The notes beneath the pieces were generated by a model. It had not been told where the DNA came from, did no database searches, and saw only the letters and a program-made list of their open reading frames with translations. The translations under genes and the position numbers were made by a program. Of a stretch of 48,535 bases of DNA, positions 17,919-27,466 are shown piece after piece (positions within the stretch are counted from its first letter, which is position 1; each line of letters starts with the position of its first letter). Source of the stretch: a virus; the IMG/VR virus record IMGVR_UViG_3300019861_000001, positions 1-48,535 of that record; one strand, 5' to 3'.

Positions 17919-19140
17919 TTATAGTTCCTCTTATATTAATATAGTCAATTTCAAAAGACGCATAGGTAGCAGTCTTAAGTCCAAATCTAAATTCCACTCC
18001 AGTACACATAGGATGAGCAATTCCCTTAGGACTTAAGTATTGCCAAGGTAAACGAGTAAAAGAAGCTACTTTATCTGATCTCCATTCTACTGACGTCTGC
18101 ATAGCAATAGATAGATCTACCCCAACTTCTACAAAGTGAATAGTCTTAGATCTTCTAGTTTTCATATCTTGAATATCTGTCCACTTCTCAAAGCCAGGAA
18201 TAGTAATAGTAGTTGGAGCAACAACCAGTATAGTTCCATCACGAGAATCTATTCCAGAAACATTGACAGGACCTGAAGCGAAACTTCCAGTTTTAGTACT
18301 ATAAACATAACCATAAGTTCCGTCACAGATATAGATAAATCCAGTATTATGGTCTAGAGACATTACTAACTTACTTCCAGTCATAACTGATAAAAACTCT
18401 GAGTAATCCAGCAACTCCAGTTTATCACTTAACCTCCACATCTGTCCAAGGTTGTCAATAAAATAGTGAGCAGAAACATCTCCACATACAGCTCCTTTTC
18501 CCTTCAATCCAACAGTATAAATAGTCTTATACCCATAAGTAAATCCCAGTTTGGTAGTTAACTTACTAAGTATAGAAACTCCATTCTCTCCATATGCCAT
18601 AGGAGTATTATTTAGAACCTTAATAGCCCAGACATATCCATACCAATCTAGTGGTATATCCCCAGATTTGTTTTGTTTATCTTTAGTGAAATCTACAGTT
18701 CCAAACTTAGCCCACTGTACCCAATTCTTACGAGGAGTTAGAATAAGCATACTACCAGAGATAGTACATACTGCTGTCATAGTAGCAGAATATACATTTC
18801 CTAATACTATTGCTCCTCCTAATCCCATATCTATTGTTCCAACTGCAATCATAGTAGTATTGAAGTCTACAAATGGAATACTTCCAGATATAGTACAAAC
18901 TGCAGTAAGAATAGATAGGTCTTCATCTATCCATATATCTAAATCAGGATTCCTATCAGCTGCCGGAGACATAGTAGGGACACCCTTGATAACACAGTAG
19001 GCTGTCATAATTGTAGCAGCTGCATCTATAGTAATGTCAAGTCCTCCAGGCACAAGTCTGGAACGCAGAGGAGTAGCTATACGAGAACTCAACGACTCCC
19101 CAGATACAAATACAACCCTAGGAATCTTTTTAATTATCAC
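17908..19140 (-). CDS. Hypothetical tail/virion protein
   Basis: 410-aa ORF in the structural block. No motif recognised. Confidence 0.6.
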   Translation of the reverse strand: MIIKKIPRVVFVSGESLSSRIATPLRSRLVPGGLDITIDAAATIMTAYCVIKGVPTMSPAADRNPDLDIWIDEDLSILTAVCTISGSIPFVDFNTTMIAVGTIDMGLGGAIVLGNVYSATMTAVCTISGSMLILTPRKNWVQWAKFGTVDFTKDKQNKSGDIPLDWYGYVWAIKVLNNTPMAYGENGVSILSKLTTKLGFTYGYKTIYTVGLKGKGAVCGDVSAHYFIDNLGQMWRLSDKLELLDYSEFLSVMTGSKLVMSLDHNTGFIYICDGTYGYVYSTKTGSFASGPVNVSGIDSRDGTILVVAPTTITIPGFEKWTDIQDMKTRRSKTIHFVEVGVDLSIAMQTSVEWRSDKVASFTRLPWQYLSPKGIAHPMCTGVEFRFGLKTATYASFEIDYINIRGTINDN

Positions 19141-19153
19141 ATTAGTCTCCTAA

Positions 19154-19588
19154 TTAGATATCTAACACTGCATAAGCATCCAGGACACTAGCAGCAGATA
19201 TATTCCATAGAACAACACTGGAACTCACAGGAATAACTAATCCCTCTGGAAATGTCCAGATAACTCCCTGACCAATAGTAGCAGGAAGAGATATTCTACG
19301 AATATAAGCTGCTGGAACAGTAGGACCAGTTCCCCAGGCCACGGCAGACTGTATTACAGCAGCAGCTATTACATCATTAGGATCTTCAGGAACGAAGTCT
19401 ACGGGAGCAGTAGGAATTAATCCAATAGCCGCAGGTCTACCAAGACCAATAACAGATGCAGTAGCAGCTACGAGAAAGAATCCTAACTCAATTAACCTTG
19501 CTCTTCCAGGAGTTGCACCTGTACGAATCTCCCACGCAGCAGCCGCAATAGTACCATTAGTAGTTCTTACGCCTAATGTATATCTCAT
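19154..19588 (-). CDS. Hypothetical virion protein
   Basis: 144-aa ORF with SD AAGGAGG. Confidence 0.6.
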   Translation of the reverse strand: MRYTLGVRTTNGTIAAAAWEIRTGATPGRARLIELGFFLVAATASVIGLGRPAAIGLIPTAPVDFVPEDPNDVIAAAVIQSAVAWGTGPTVPAAYIRRISLPATIGQGVIWTFPEGLVIPVSSSVVLWNISAASVLDAYAVLDI

Positions 19589-19603
19589 TTTTTAAATCCT
19601 CCT

Positions 19604-20032
19604 TTATGTTGTAAGTTCTACAGTTGGAGTAGGAATAGTAAACACTCCACCATCAGGTTCAGTTCCATCTCCACCAAAGTCAATATAGCCTACGATAATA
19701 TCACTAGCATGTGTATCGTCATAGATTATAGCTGAATTTGCAGGGCCTATAGGTCCACCAGCTGCAGTCCATTGAGGACTTGACCAAGTTATGGTTACCT
19801 TGTATAGAGTATCATTTCTAGTAATAGCTATACCAGCAAGAGCTTTAGTTCCAGCAGTATAACCATTTCCAGTACCCAATTCACTTGCAGACACGTCAGC
19901 ATATGTAAGATGAGTAGCCCTATTAAAGACAAATCCAGTAGCCATTAGAATAATAATAAAAGAGTTAGTATCACAATCTACCTCTCCCTTAGCCATATAA
20001 TACAGAAAGTTTTGAGAAAGTTTTGAAGCCAT
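19604..20032 (-). CDS. Hypothetical virion protein
   Basis: 142-aa ORF with SD AAGGAGGG. Confidence 0.6.
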   Translation of the reverse strand: MASKLSQNFLYYMAKGEVDCDTNSFIIILMATGFVFNRATHLTYADVSASELGTGNGYTAGTKALAGIAITRNDTLYKVTITWSSPQWTAAGGPIGPANSAIIYDDTHASDIIVGYIDFGGDGTEPDGGVFTIPTPTVELTT

Positions 20033-20065
20033 TTGTCCCTCCTTTAATTTAAGGAATTTAACTAT

Positions 20066-21103
20066 CTAATGAACAGAAATACAACGTATAGTATATGAGT
20101 TAACTACACTATGAACAGCCCATTCTCTTAAGAGAGTACCAGATAAGGAGTATACTTGAATTGTGTCAGCAACATCACTATTAAAAAATATCTCATCATC
20201 ATAGAAAGCTATGTCATTATTGGAAGGAACAGAAAAACTACTAATTATATCTCCAGAGAATGTCTCTTTTTCTATAACGTTATCTCCACGAACTATCCAG
20301 AATTCATCCTCATAAAATGTAGGATATTGAAAACTTCTATAATAAGGTGCTGTCCATGTTCTCAGATAAGATCCCCCACTTATCCTATGTACAGCGACTC
20401 TTACAGCTCTTACTGCAAAAGCTTCAGCCCCTTGACATGCTATCCCAAGTAATGCTCCTCCACCACCGTCATAAGGATACCACTTATCTATAAATACTCC
20501 AGCTAGACTAAACCTCTTTATTACTCCTCCTAATCCTCCTCCTCCATCATTCTCAGACGTATACACTATACCTCCATGTACACAAATCCCTCCCAGATGA
20601 GGATTCCCATCGTTATAAAAAGTTCCGTCTGTAGAAGTCCCCCATTTACGAAGGAAGTTTCCTTCTAAATCAAAAACTTGCACTCTAAAATTGCCAGGAT
20701 CTGTCGCATAGATTTCGTCATTATAGATGAATATATCACAAACACCAGAGTAACCTCCAAACTGTCCTTCTCCACTTCCATTAGAGCCAAATCGCTTATA
20801 AAGTACTCCAGTCAAAGAGAATATACTTATCTGATCTAGTCTATCTCCAACATATACCCTAGGAACATAATTCACAAGAGATCTTTTATGCCAGTGTCCA
20901 CAAGGAATATGTTTTTCTCCATTAGATCTTCTGACTTCATCAGGGGGAGTCCATACCTGTGGTTCAGCAATGTCACTAGAACTATATGACTCAGGTTTCT
21001 GTGAACTTAATTGCCACCTAGGATTATTTAGATATCCCCATTTATCAGGCTGCTCCTCAAAGTCCCAAGGTCCTAAACCTTTATCATCTTTCCAGTTCCT
21101 CAT
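20066..21103 (-). CDS. NHL-repeat beta-propeller protein (tail-associated candidate)
   Basis: Repeats of the type GSGEGQFGGYSGVCDIFIYNDEIYATDPGNFRVQVFDLEGNFLRKWG. Confidence 0.6.
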   Translation of the reverse strand: MRNWKDDKGLGPWDFEEQPDKWGYLNNPRWQLSSQKPESYSSSDIAEPQVWTPPDEVRRSNGEKHIPCGHWHKRSLVNYVPRVYVGDRLDQISIFSLTGVLYKRFGSNGSGEGQFGGYSGVCDIFIYNDEIYATDPGNFRVQVFDLEGNFLRKWGTSTDGTFYNDGNPHLGGICVHGGIVYTSENDGGGGLGGVIKRFSLAGVFIDKWYPYDGGGGALLGIACQGAEAFAVRAVRVAVHRISGGSYLRTWTAPYYRSFQYPTFYEDEFWIVRGDNVIEKETFSGDIISSFSVPSNNDIAFYDDEIFFNSDVADTIQVYSLSGTLLREWAVHSVVNSYTIRCISVH

Positions 21104-21633
21104 TATACTTCACCTAAAACAGTTGCAAGTGTAGGAGCTCCAACTATTATCTGTCCATTGAAATCACAGATAGATTGGACAATGGGAATATCTGTAGCAA
21201 GAGAGTAGACTCCATCATCAGGATTACGTTCGACTGCTACAACTCCATTACTCATATAGGCATAGAAACCCTTAGCTACACAACTCCATAGTTGCCCAGC
21301 TGTAACCGTAAGTTTAAGAGTAAGAGTAGATGTGGTAGGGTTATACTCATAAATCTTAGTACTTCCAAATACAATTACTAGTTCTGGAAACACGAAGATT
21401 TGTGGGTAAGGAAATCCATCAGTAATAATTGTCGTATCTATTCTAGTAAGGGAGGAAAGACGAGTAAGAACTCCATCCCTTCCAACTGCTCCACTACATA
21501 CCACATCATATTCAGTATTACGAGGAGAATGAGAAGAAGGTCTGAGACCTTTAGCTATATCCTCAGAATCAAGGGTTAAAGTAAAACCTTCATCTAATCC
21601 ATAATAGCCTCGTCTATCTAAAGTAATCTCCAT
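21103..21633 (-). CDS. Hypothetical virion protein
   Basis: 176-aa ORF whose start overlaps the upstream stop. Confidence 0.6.
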   Translation of the reverse strand: MEITLDRRGYYGLDEGFTLTLDSEDIAKGLRPSSHSPRNTEYDVVCSGAVGRDGVLTRLSSLTRIDTTIITDGFPYPQIFVFPELVIVFGSTKIYEYNPTTSTLTLKLTVTAGQLWSCVAKGFYAYMSNGVVAVERNPDDGVYSLATDIPIVQSICDFNGQIIVGAPTLATVLGEV

Positions 21634-21989
21634 TACAATTCTCCGTGAGTACTTAGGTTAGGTCTCTTCGTGGGATTAGACATATCCAGAGATTTTGTAC
21701 TTCTGATACGTCTTTCTATCTCAGGAATAGCTAGCTTTATAATATCAGTAGGTTTACTTAAAGTATTATTTCCCTCAGTTTGCATTAGTACTGAGGAGAC
21801 TATATTAGGGTGATTTTTAAACTCTGGATGTTGAGAGTAGATGGTTTCCCTAATTTTATAATTAGTCATATGTTGCTTTATTATATTACCCATTATAGTT
21901 GGAATATTAAGATAGATTAGCTCCTGAAACTCAGGGAACATCCTCTCCTTAAATTCCCTATAAAGCTGTTCTTTCTCCTCAGGGGTCAT
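21633..21989 (-). CDS. Hypothetical protein
   Basis: 118-aa ORF in the structural block. Confidence 0.6.
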   Translation of the reverse strand: MTPEEKEQLYREFKERMFPEFQELIYLNIPTIMGNIIKQHMTNYKIRETIYSQHPEFKNHPNIVSSVLMQTEGNNTLSKPTDIIKLAIPEIERRIRSTKSLDMSNPTKRPNLSTHGEL

Positions 21990-21991
21990 AA

Positions 21992-22711
21992 CTACACCTC
22001 TATCTCAGTTATTGCAGTTACTTCTTCTTCGGCTATATCCTTACCAATCTCAAGGACATCGTAGGCTATAGCATCTAGCATATTTTTGAGTTTATACCTA
22101 TCTTTGTAGAACAACTCGAGTTGATATACAGCTGCTTTTATAAGAACATCTGGAAACATAAGAGTCCAAATATTAGTATCAGCATCAAGGGAAAGAAGAG
22201 GTTGATAGAAGTCTCCTACTATCTCTACATCTATCTGTTCATCAGTTGCGGGCAGAACTATGATTCCTCTAAAATCCTTAGAGTTTGCTAGGGTATAGTT
22301 GTAGAATACCCCAGTAGCACCTTTATCAGTTGCGTCTACCTCACGTAGTTTAGCTGGGCAATAATATAGAGGTTCTCCATTATCTGATGCAGAGATAGTC
22401 TCTGGATATTCCCCTTTCAACCATTCCCAACTCTTCTTCTCTAACTGATAGCGTTCATCTGAAGTATTAATCCAGACGTCAGTTATAAACCTACAGCGTT
22501 TTTGGAAGGAAACGTAGTATCCTCCAACAGCTAATGTCTCCCATATTCTACCTTCTGAGTCAGGAAGTGTCCCTACAATTCGTTCCAGCATATCCTGACC
22601 AGCTTGGATATAGTAGTTAGCTCCATTGTCTACCCAAGCTGTAGTATCCACTACCAAGTCATACCTACCACTTATTTTAACAAATTGAGTTCTTACACTA
22701 AGTAAGTTCAT
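21992..22711 (-). CDS. Hypothetical virion protein (head-tail adaptor candidate by position)
   Basis: 239-aa ORF, two genes downstream of the capsid gene. Confidence 0.4.
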   Translation of the reverse strand: MNLLSVRTQFVKISGRYDLVVDTTAWVDNGANYYIQAGQDMLERIVGTLPDSEGRIWETLAVGGYYVSFQKRCRFITDVWINTSDERYQLEKKSWEWLKGEYPETISASDNGEPLYYCPAKLREVDATDKGATGVFYNYTLANSKDFRGIIVLPATDEQIDVEIVGDFYQPLLSLDADTNIWTLMFPDVLIKAAVYQLELFYKDRYKLKNMLDAIAYDVLEIGKDIAEEEVTAITEIEV

Positions 22712-22720
22712 CAGTATCTC

Positions 22721-22945
22721 CTAATAAACTAAATCAAGTTCCATTCTTACTTCAACATTCTCCACAGGTCCTGACCTTTCAGCAACTGGCTCAGGAGCAG
22801 TCTCGTTATCCCTCTTTCTATCCATACTAATATAACTAGCCCTCACTCCACACTCCTTCTCAAACCCCTGAACCAGTTTAAGAATAGCTCCCTCTAACTC
22901 TATCTTTTTCTTCTTAACATCTTCAATGGTGAGCTTCTTATTCAT
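22721..22945 (-). CDS. Hypothetical small protein
   Basis: 74-aa ORF. Its SD AAAGGAG overlaps the outer arm of the palindrome at 22954-22976. Confidence 0.6.
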   Translation of the reverse strand: MNKKLTIEDVKKKKIELEGAILKLVQGFEKECGVRASYISMDRKRDNETAPEPVAERSGPVENVEVRMELDLVY

Positions 22946-22953
22946 TGTCGCTC

Positions 22954-22976
22954 CTTTGGTAAATTTTTTACCATAG
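22954..22976. repeat. 23-bp palindrome family copy CTTTGGTAAATTTTTTACCATAG
   Basis: Lies between the capsid gene stop (23015) and ATG 22945. A GC hairpin GGAGGG..CCCTCC sits immediately upstream on the minus strand. Confidence 0.9.
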
Positions 22977-23014
22977 GAGGGCAGCTTATAGCCACCCTCC
23001 TCTGGAAAATAAAG

Positions 23015-24139
23015 TTATACAATATTATCTAACCCTACCCCATTGAGATAGCCCCAGCCAGTTGGGAAATGGAACTCAATGCCCATCTCAGTCAGGTATT
23101 CCTCGTTTGTCCCATCCTTCCTGGTATATCCAGTATTCTGTTTCTCATTGTCAGGATAGAAAGTAGTATCAGTAATGATCCTACTTTTCAGATTTGCCGG
23201 CTCATAGATAACCATACTATTCCTATTAGCCGCTTCATAAGAGAACAGAGGATGAGTTTTAATGTTGATCTTTCCAAATGGAGTTACCCACTCAATAACT
23301 TGAATCCCATAGGATTTAGTCTGAGGAGTAAATGTCCATTGACCATAGGTCTTAGCGATCTTGTTAAGACCCAGAAGTGCTCCACTACCAGCGAGACAGA
23401 GTTTCTCAGCACTACCATACCTGAACATAAGTTCAAGATAGGTATCAATCCAGTCCTCACCACTGGCAATCCACGTGTCTCCTGAGTAAGTAGCGTTGAG
23501 TGTGAAGTCATTGACATTAGCAGACGCATAGGTCTTGATAATATCAACTAGCCCTCGAGTTGTTCTCTCAGGCTTACCATTAGCCCCAATATTCTCAGTC
23601 ATGATACCCCAGATAGATGCTTTCTCCATCTCGATAGAATGGAGTTCCAAACACTCACGTTTCATCTCTTTATATGCATCTCCAGTCCTTAACTTAGTCT
23701 GCCGAGCAGTACGAGTAATATCCAGAGATGTTCTAAAGATCTGAGTATAATTGTAGATCTTGACAGGGTCATAACTGATAGCATCTGGCATAGTCGCACC
23801 CTCAGGGTTGATATTACCAATTACTAACAGTCTGTCGGCATCACTAATATCATGACTTTGAGCGGTAGTAGTGTCAGCCTCCAATAGTTTAACTGTTATA
23901 CAAGAACTAGCGCCATTCTTCTGGACAGCCATAACCTTGGCATTGACATCTACCTCATAATCACTCTGATCACGCAGAAGAACTTGATGTCCAGCTCTAA
24001 AGTGATCTGAGTCTGCTTCAGAACATTTGATGTAGAGAACAGAGCCAGCAACACCACCTGATACATATGCAGCAGTCATAGCCGCATCAGTATAGCGACC
24101 AGTAATAGTTGCTGCTTGAGTAGGTAGAGTCTTAGTCCA
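23015..24139 (-). CDS. Major capsid protein, exon 2
   Basis: The frame stays open 60 nt upstream of the track ATG (24079) back to WTKTLPTQAATITGRYTDAA, with no SD before 24079. It joins in frame to exon 1. The junction is uncertain by 1-5 nt. Confidence 0.7.
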   Translation of the reverse strand, partial: WTKTLPTQAATITGRYTDAAMTAAYVSGGVAGSVLYIKCSEADSDHFRAGHQVLLRDQSDYEVDVNAKVMAVQKNGASSCITVKLLEADTTTAQSHDISDADRLLVIGNINPEGATMPDAISYDPVKIYNYTQIFRTSLDITRTARQTKLRTGDAYKEMKRECLELHSIEMEKASIWGIMTENIGANGKPERTTRGLVDIIKTYASANVNDFTLNATYSGDTWIASGEDWIDTYLELMFRYGSAEKLCLAGSGALLGLNKIAKTYGQWTFTPQTKSYGIQVIEWVTPFGKINIKTHPLFSYEAANRNSMVIYEPANLKSRIITDTTFYPDNEKQNTGYTRKDGTNEEYLTEMGIEFHFPTGWGYLNGVGLDNIV

Positions 24140-25007
24140 CCCGGACTATCATTAAACTTTCATTTAATGCTGGACTATATCTTAACCCTTAGTCAAGGGT
24201 TTGACATTATAGTCTCTGAAGGTTTCATTGCATCTAAGTATTTATGGATTCTACTTGATTTTCTCATAACATGGAAGAAACATCCACTATCTATAAACGA
24301 GCGTATATTAGGTTTAATAACATACATAGTAGTCCCATGCCCAGAAATCTGCTCATGAATCTTTCCTACTTTTACTCCTAGTTTCTGGAGAAGTCTTGTT
24401 ACATCTTCTACTAGAGTTTTTATTCTTGCAGCATATCCAAGTCTCCACGATAGCCCAAATCTAGAACCTGGATTCTTATTCTCTACTATTGTCCCATCTG
24501 TATCAAACAATCCAGCTACGAAATTTAATCTAGCATTTTTACTAGCCCTGAAGATCTCGTCTGCAAGAAACAGTTTCTCTCTAATAAAATAATGAAAGAA
24601 ATCATAAATAAGCTCGTTATTAATAGCTAATGAGTACATAGTAGTTTTGTTAGGATTTACATAACTTGAGACAGTGTAGTTACCACCAAATAGTACATTA
24701 ATCTCCTCACATACTCTTACTACACATTCTAAATCCATATTAGCTATCATAACATTGTTGTTAGTTAACATTCTTTCACCATTCCAAGTAACATACTTCT
24801 TAACACTTCCATCACCTAATAAAGCTCCTATAGAGTATCCAACTACTTCGATGTATTTATCCATAACTTGCAATGAATTTCCCTGCTGATTGTCCATTGT
24901 GTTATCCTCCTTAGTTTTACGCTTTGGTCAAGAGAGGCTTTAGGATTTTCCAGCAATTTCTGTCATTTATTCGACGGGATTTCGCCCGAAGCAACCAGTG
25001 AACTCTA
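24140..25007 (-). mobile_element. Group-I-like intron (~868 nt) carrying a LAGLIDADG homing endonuclease ORF
   Basis: Interrupts the capsid ORF. P1-like pairing: exon CAACT (25007-25011) with intron GGTTG (24992-24996). Long-range helices bracket the ORF: TGCTGG/CCAGCA (24950-24955 / 24168-24173) and TCTTGACC/GGTTAAGA (24926-24933 / 24180-24187). The intron ends in G. Confidence 0.65.
24193..24897 (-). CDS. LAGLIDADG homing endonuclease (double-motif)
   Basis: Motifs IGALLGDGSV and FVAGLFDTDGTI. SD AAGGAGG 8 nt upstream. Confidence 0.85.
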   Translation of the reverse strand: MDNQQGNSLQVMDKYIEVVGYSIGALLGDGSVKKYVTWNGERMLTNNNVMIANMDLECVVRVCEEINVLFGGNYTVSSYVNPNKTTMYSLAINNELIYDFFHYFIREKLFLADEIFRASKNARLNFVAGLFDTDGTIVENKNPGSRFGLSWRLGYAARIKTLVEDVTRLLQKLGVKVGKIHEQISGHGTTMYVIKPNIRSFIDSGCFFHVMRKSSRIHKYLDAMKPSETIMSNP

Positions 25008-25172
25008 GTTGAACTCAGGATCATCTACCTTCTCTGACCCCAATTTAGACATTACTGCAGTTAAAGGAGCCGAGCCGTTAGGGTATTCATACAGAATAAC
25101 CTCTCTCCAGTTCTTCGGCCTCTGGTCAGTAGCCCAGTCTCCAGTTCCACGCATTCCTAAAAATCCAGCCAT
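25008..25172 (-). CDS. Major capsid protein, exon 1 (55 codons)
   Basis: ATG 25172 has SD AGGAGG. MAGFLGMRGTGDWATDQRPKNWREVILYEYPNGSAPLTAVMSKLGSEKVDDPEFN is, from memory, the conserved N-terminus of an HK97-fold podovirus capsid family. It runs into an in-frame TAG at 25005-25007. Confidence 0.7.
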
Positions 25173-25173
25173 T

Positions 25174-25485
25174 TTAAATACCTCCTATAAATTTTTCGTA
25201 GAGAGTAAAACTATCATCAGATAGCTTATTCTCTTTATCAAGTTTTTTTAGTTGATTAACTATGATACCATTAACAACATCACCAAAGTCAAAGTCCTTC
25301 ATTACACCAGCCTGGAGATTCCACTTAACTCGATCACCTTCCTGCACAAACATTAGGAGTTTATGTTCCTCCTCGCTAAAAGATAAATCTTCTCGGAGCT
25401 TACGCATCAGTTTAAGAGTTGTAAAGTTTCCCTCACGAGGGAGAATACTAAGTAATACTAATCTTTCCATTACATCAAGTTGCAT
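25174..25485 (-). CDS. Hypothetical protein
   Basis: 103-aa ORF directly upstream of capsid exon 1. Confidence 0.65.
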   Translation of the reverse strand: MQLDVMERLVLLSILPREGNFTTLKLMRKLREDLSFSEEEHKLLMFVQEGDRVKWNLQAGVMKDFDFGDVVNGIIVNQLKKLDKENKLSDDSFTLYEKFIGGI

Positions 25486-25510
25486 AGTGAAATCTCCTTT
25501 ATGTTAAAGT

Positions 25511-27064
25511 TTAAGCATGGAGCGTGTCATATAAGGCTATATAATACGCTACGTTATTAATAAGAACTTTAAGAGCTGCATCAGCTCCAACAGTTGTACC
25601 GTCTGGTGCCACAGCGGGAACCAGAGCATTGGCAACTACTGGTCCTGTACCAGCTGCAGGAAGAGCCATAAGATTTGTGGATACAGCACTTGCCATATCT
25701 ATTGCTGTAGTAACTGTTCCAGCAATACCAATAGCATTAACAACAGCTGCTCCGCCATCAACTGCAATTTTAAGTCCATTATCCATAGACGTTACTGCAG
25801 GATAGACCTCAATCATCACTCCATCGAACTGTCCAGTTACAGTAGCAGCTCCATCAATATGGAAGTGGCCAGCGTTAATGGTAGATGCAACAAAGTTATC
25901 TGCACCTACATCTAACTTAGCAGATAATGCAGACATAGCTGTGATTGCTCCAGTGCCCTGATGTCTTGCCCAGGGCTGACTGGCATAAGCAGCTGAAGCT
26001 ACAGAGTTATTAGCTCCACCTGTAACACCTACATATGCCCGTGAAGCATGGCCTACCAATGTAGTCCCAGAGTCACCACTACCTATCATATTGACTTTAT
26101 TGTAAACACCTATCAAGTCATCACAGTCCCCTGCCCCTGCAGAGTGGTTAATGTTGATAGTTTCTCCAATTACTGTAGCTCCAGGGTTGGTATTAAGAAC
26201 CATAGGAACTGCCACTGACCCCATATTAAAGAGGCCTACTCCAGTAGTGGTTTCATCAAACTCCAAAGTAATCTTTGTCTCAGCTGTAGCTACTGTAGTA
26301 CCCAAAGAAAGAAGTGAGTCGTTTGCTAACTTCAATCCAGTAGCACAGGCACCTATATTAATTCCAGTGGTCATAGTCCCACTAAGACTAATACCAGTAG
26401 TACATCCCATAGTAATGTTAAGACCTGTTGTTAGTACACAAGTCCCACTCATATCAGCATCATCTTCGATTTTAATACCATTACCATAGGTTCTACTACC
26501 TCCATCCATATCTCCAAATCTCAGAATAATCCCATGAACCTTGGTATAATCAGCTAACTGCCCACCAGTTACCTTCCCGAGAAATGGAGTGGCTTCAGTA
26601 GTAATTGTTTGTGCAGCTGAACTAGCATCCCAGGTAATTTCACTCTGGATACCATAGAGTTTACCTATAGTAATTCCAAGAGCTCCCTTGGCATAGCCAT
26701 AGACTAATGCTCCCCAAACACTTCCAGTGTTTACAGCATTAGCTACACCATAGATCTGTGCACCATAGATACTTGCAGCCGCATTGGCCTCCCTATTTTC
26801 AACCCTCAAATAAATACCTTTAAACTCAGAGAGGGTATAGACGTCTGCCCAATCAGACACATGATATCTGAGTTCAAAAGCCTCTGACCATTGAAATACA
26901 GAGGCATCAATACTAATTGAACTTCCTCCTGCTGTCCCCGTAGCTATACGTGCAGTAGAGAGAACTTGAGCGTCTTGAGCATTGATACCGAGACTAGTCG
27001 CAATAGAGATATGCCCGTTATCATACTCAATACCAGCCCTCAGAAGAAATCCACGCCAGCTCAT
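25511..27064 (-). CDS. Gly/Ala/Thr-rich repeat protein in the head module (decoration/fibre candidate)
   Basis: 517-aa ORF with SD GGAGGTGG. Repetitive small-residue stretches (TTGLNITMGCTTGISLSGTMTTGINIGACATG). Confidence 0.4.
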   Translation of the reverse strand: MSWRGFLLRAGIEYDNGHISIATSLGINAQDAQVLSTARIATGTAGGSSISIDASVFQWSEAFELRYHVSDWADVYTLSEFKGIYLRVENREANAAASIYGAQIYGVANAVNTGSVWGALVYGYAKGALGITIGKLYGIQSEITWDASSAAQTITTEATPFLGKVTGGQLADYTKVHGIILRFGDMDGGSRTYGNGIKIEDDADMSGTCVLTTGLNITMGCTTGISLSGTMTTGINIGACATGLKLANDSLLSLGTTVATAETKITLEFDETTTGVGLFNMGSVAVPMVLNTNPGATVIGETININHSAGAGDCDDLIGVYNKVNMIGSGDSGTTLVGHASRAYVGVTGGANNSVASAAYASQPWARHQGTGAITAMSALSAKLDVGADNFVASTINAGHFHIDGAATVTGQFDGVMIEVYPAVTSMDNGLKIAVDGGAAVVNAIGIAGTVTTAIDMASAVSTNLMALPAAGTGPVVANALVPAVAPDGTTVGADAALKVLINNVAYYIALYDTLHA

Positions 27065-27077
27065 AATCCACCTCCAG

Positions 27078-27455
27078 TTAAGTAGTTACAGCGTTGTGAA
27101 GAGTACACCATCTGTAACCAGTTGAGTACAGAACGATAGTTTGTGCAGTCGTAGCACTAATATCTCCTTTAGCTGCATCCCCACCTTTGTCAGCAATAGT
27201 AACTGACCCAGCAGCAAATGTAGGTGTAATAGCATAAATCTTGCCTGCAGCTTCCCTAACTGACGGAAGTGTCATAGTGAAAGCTGTAGCAGCTGCCAAG
27301 TCAATAAAGACCATCTGATCACTAACCTTCATCTCATATGCCGTGTCAGCGTCAACCAGAAAGATAGTCTTTCCACTTTTAGTAAGAGCACCACTGGCTC
27401 TCTCATCCCCAATCTTTAAAAGATCGAGTACACTTTTTCCTGTTTCAAGACTCAT
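27078..27455 (-). CDS. Hypothetical head-module protein
   Basis: 125-aa ORF with SD AGGAGG. Confidence 0.6.
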   Translation of the reverse strand: MSLETGKSVLDLLKIGDERASGALTKSGKTIFLVDADTAYEMKVSDQMVFIDLAAATAFTMTLPSVREAAGKIYAITPTFAAGSVTIADKGGDAAKGDISATTAQTIVLYSTGYRWCTLHNAVTT

Positions 27456-27466
27456 TTTGATACCTC

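Noticed and set aside
24167-25224. Plus-strand ORFs 24167-24358 and 25009-25224, and 25262-25507 just beyond
   Set aside because: They are antisense to the homing-endonuclease ORF, to capsid exon 1 and to ORF 25174-25485.
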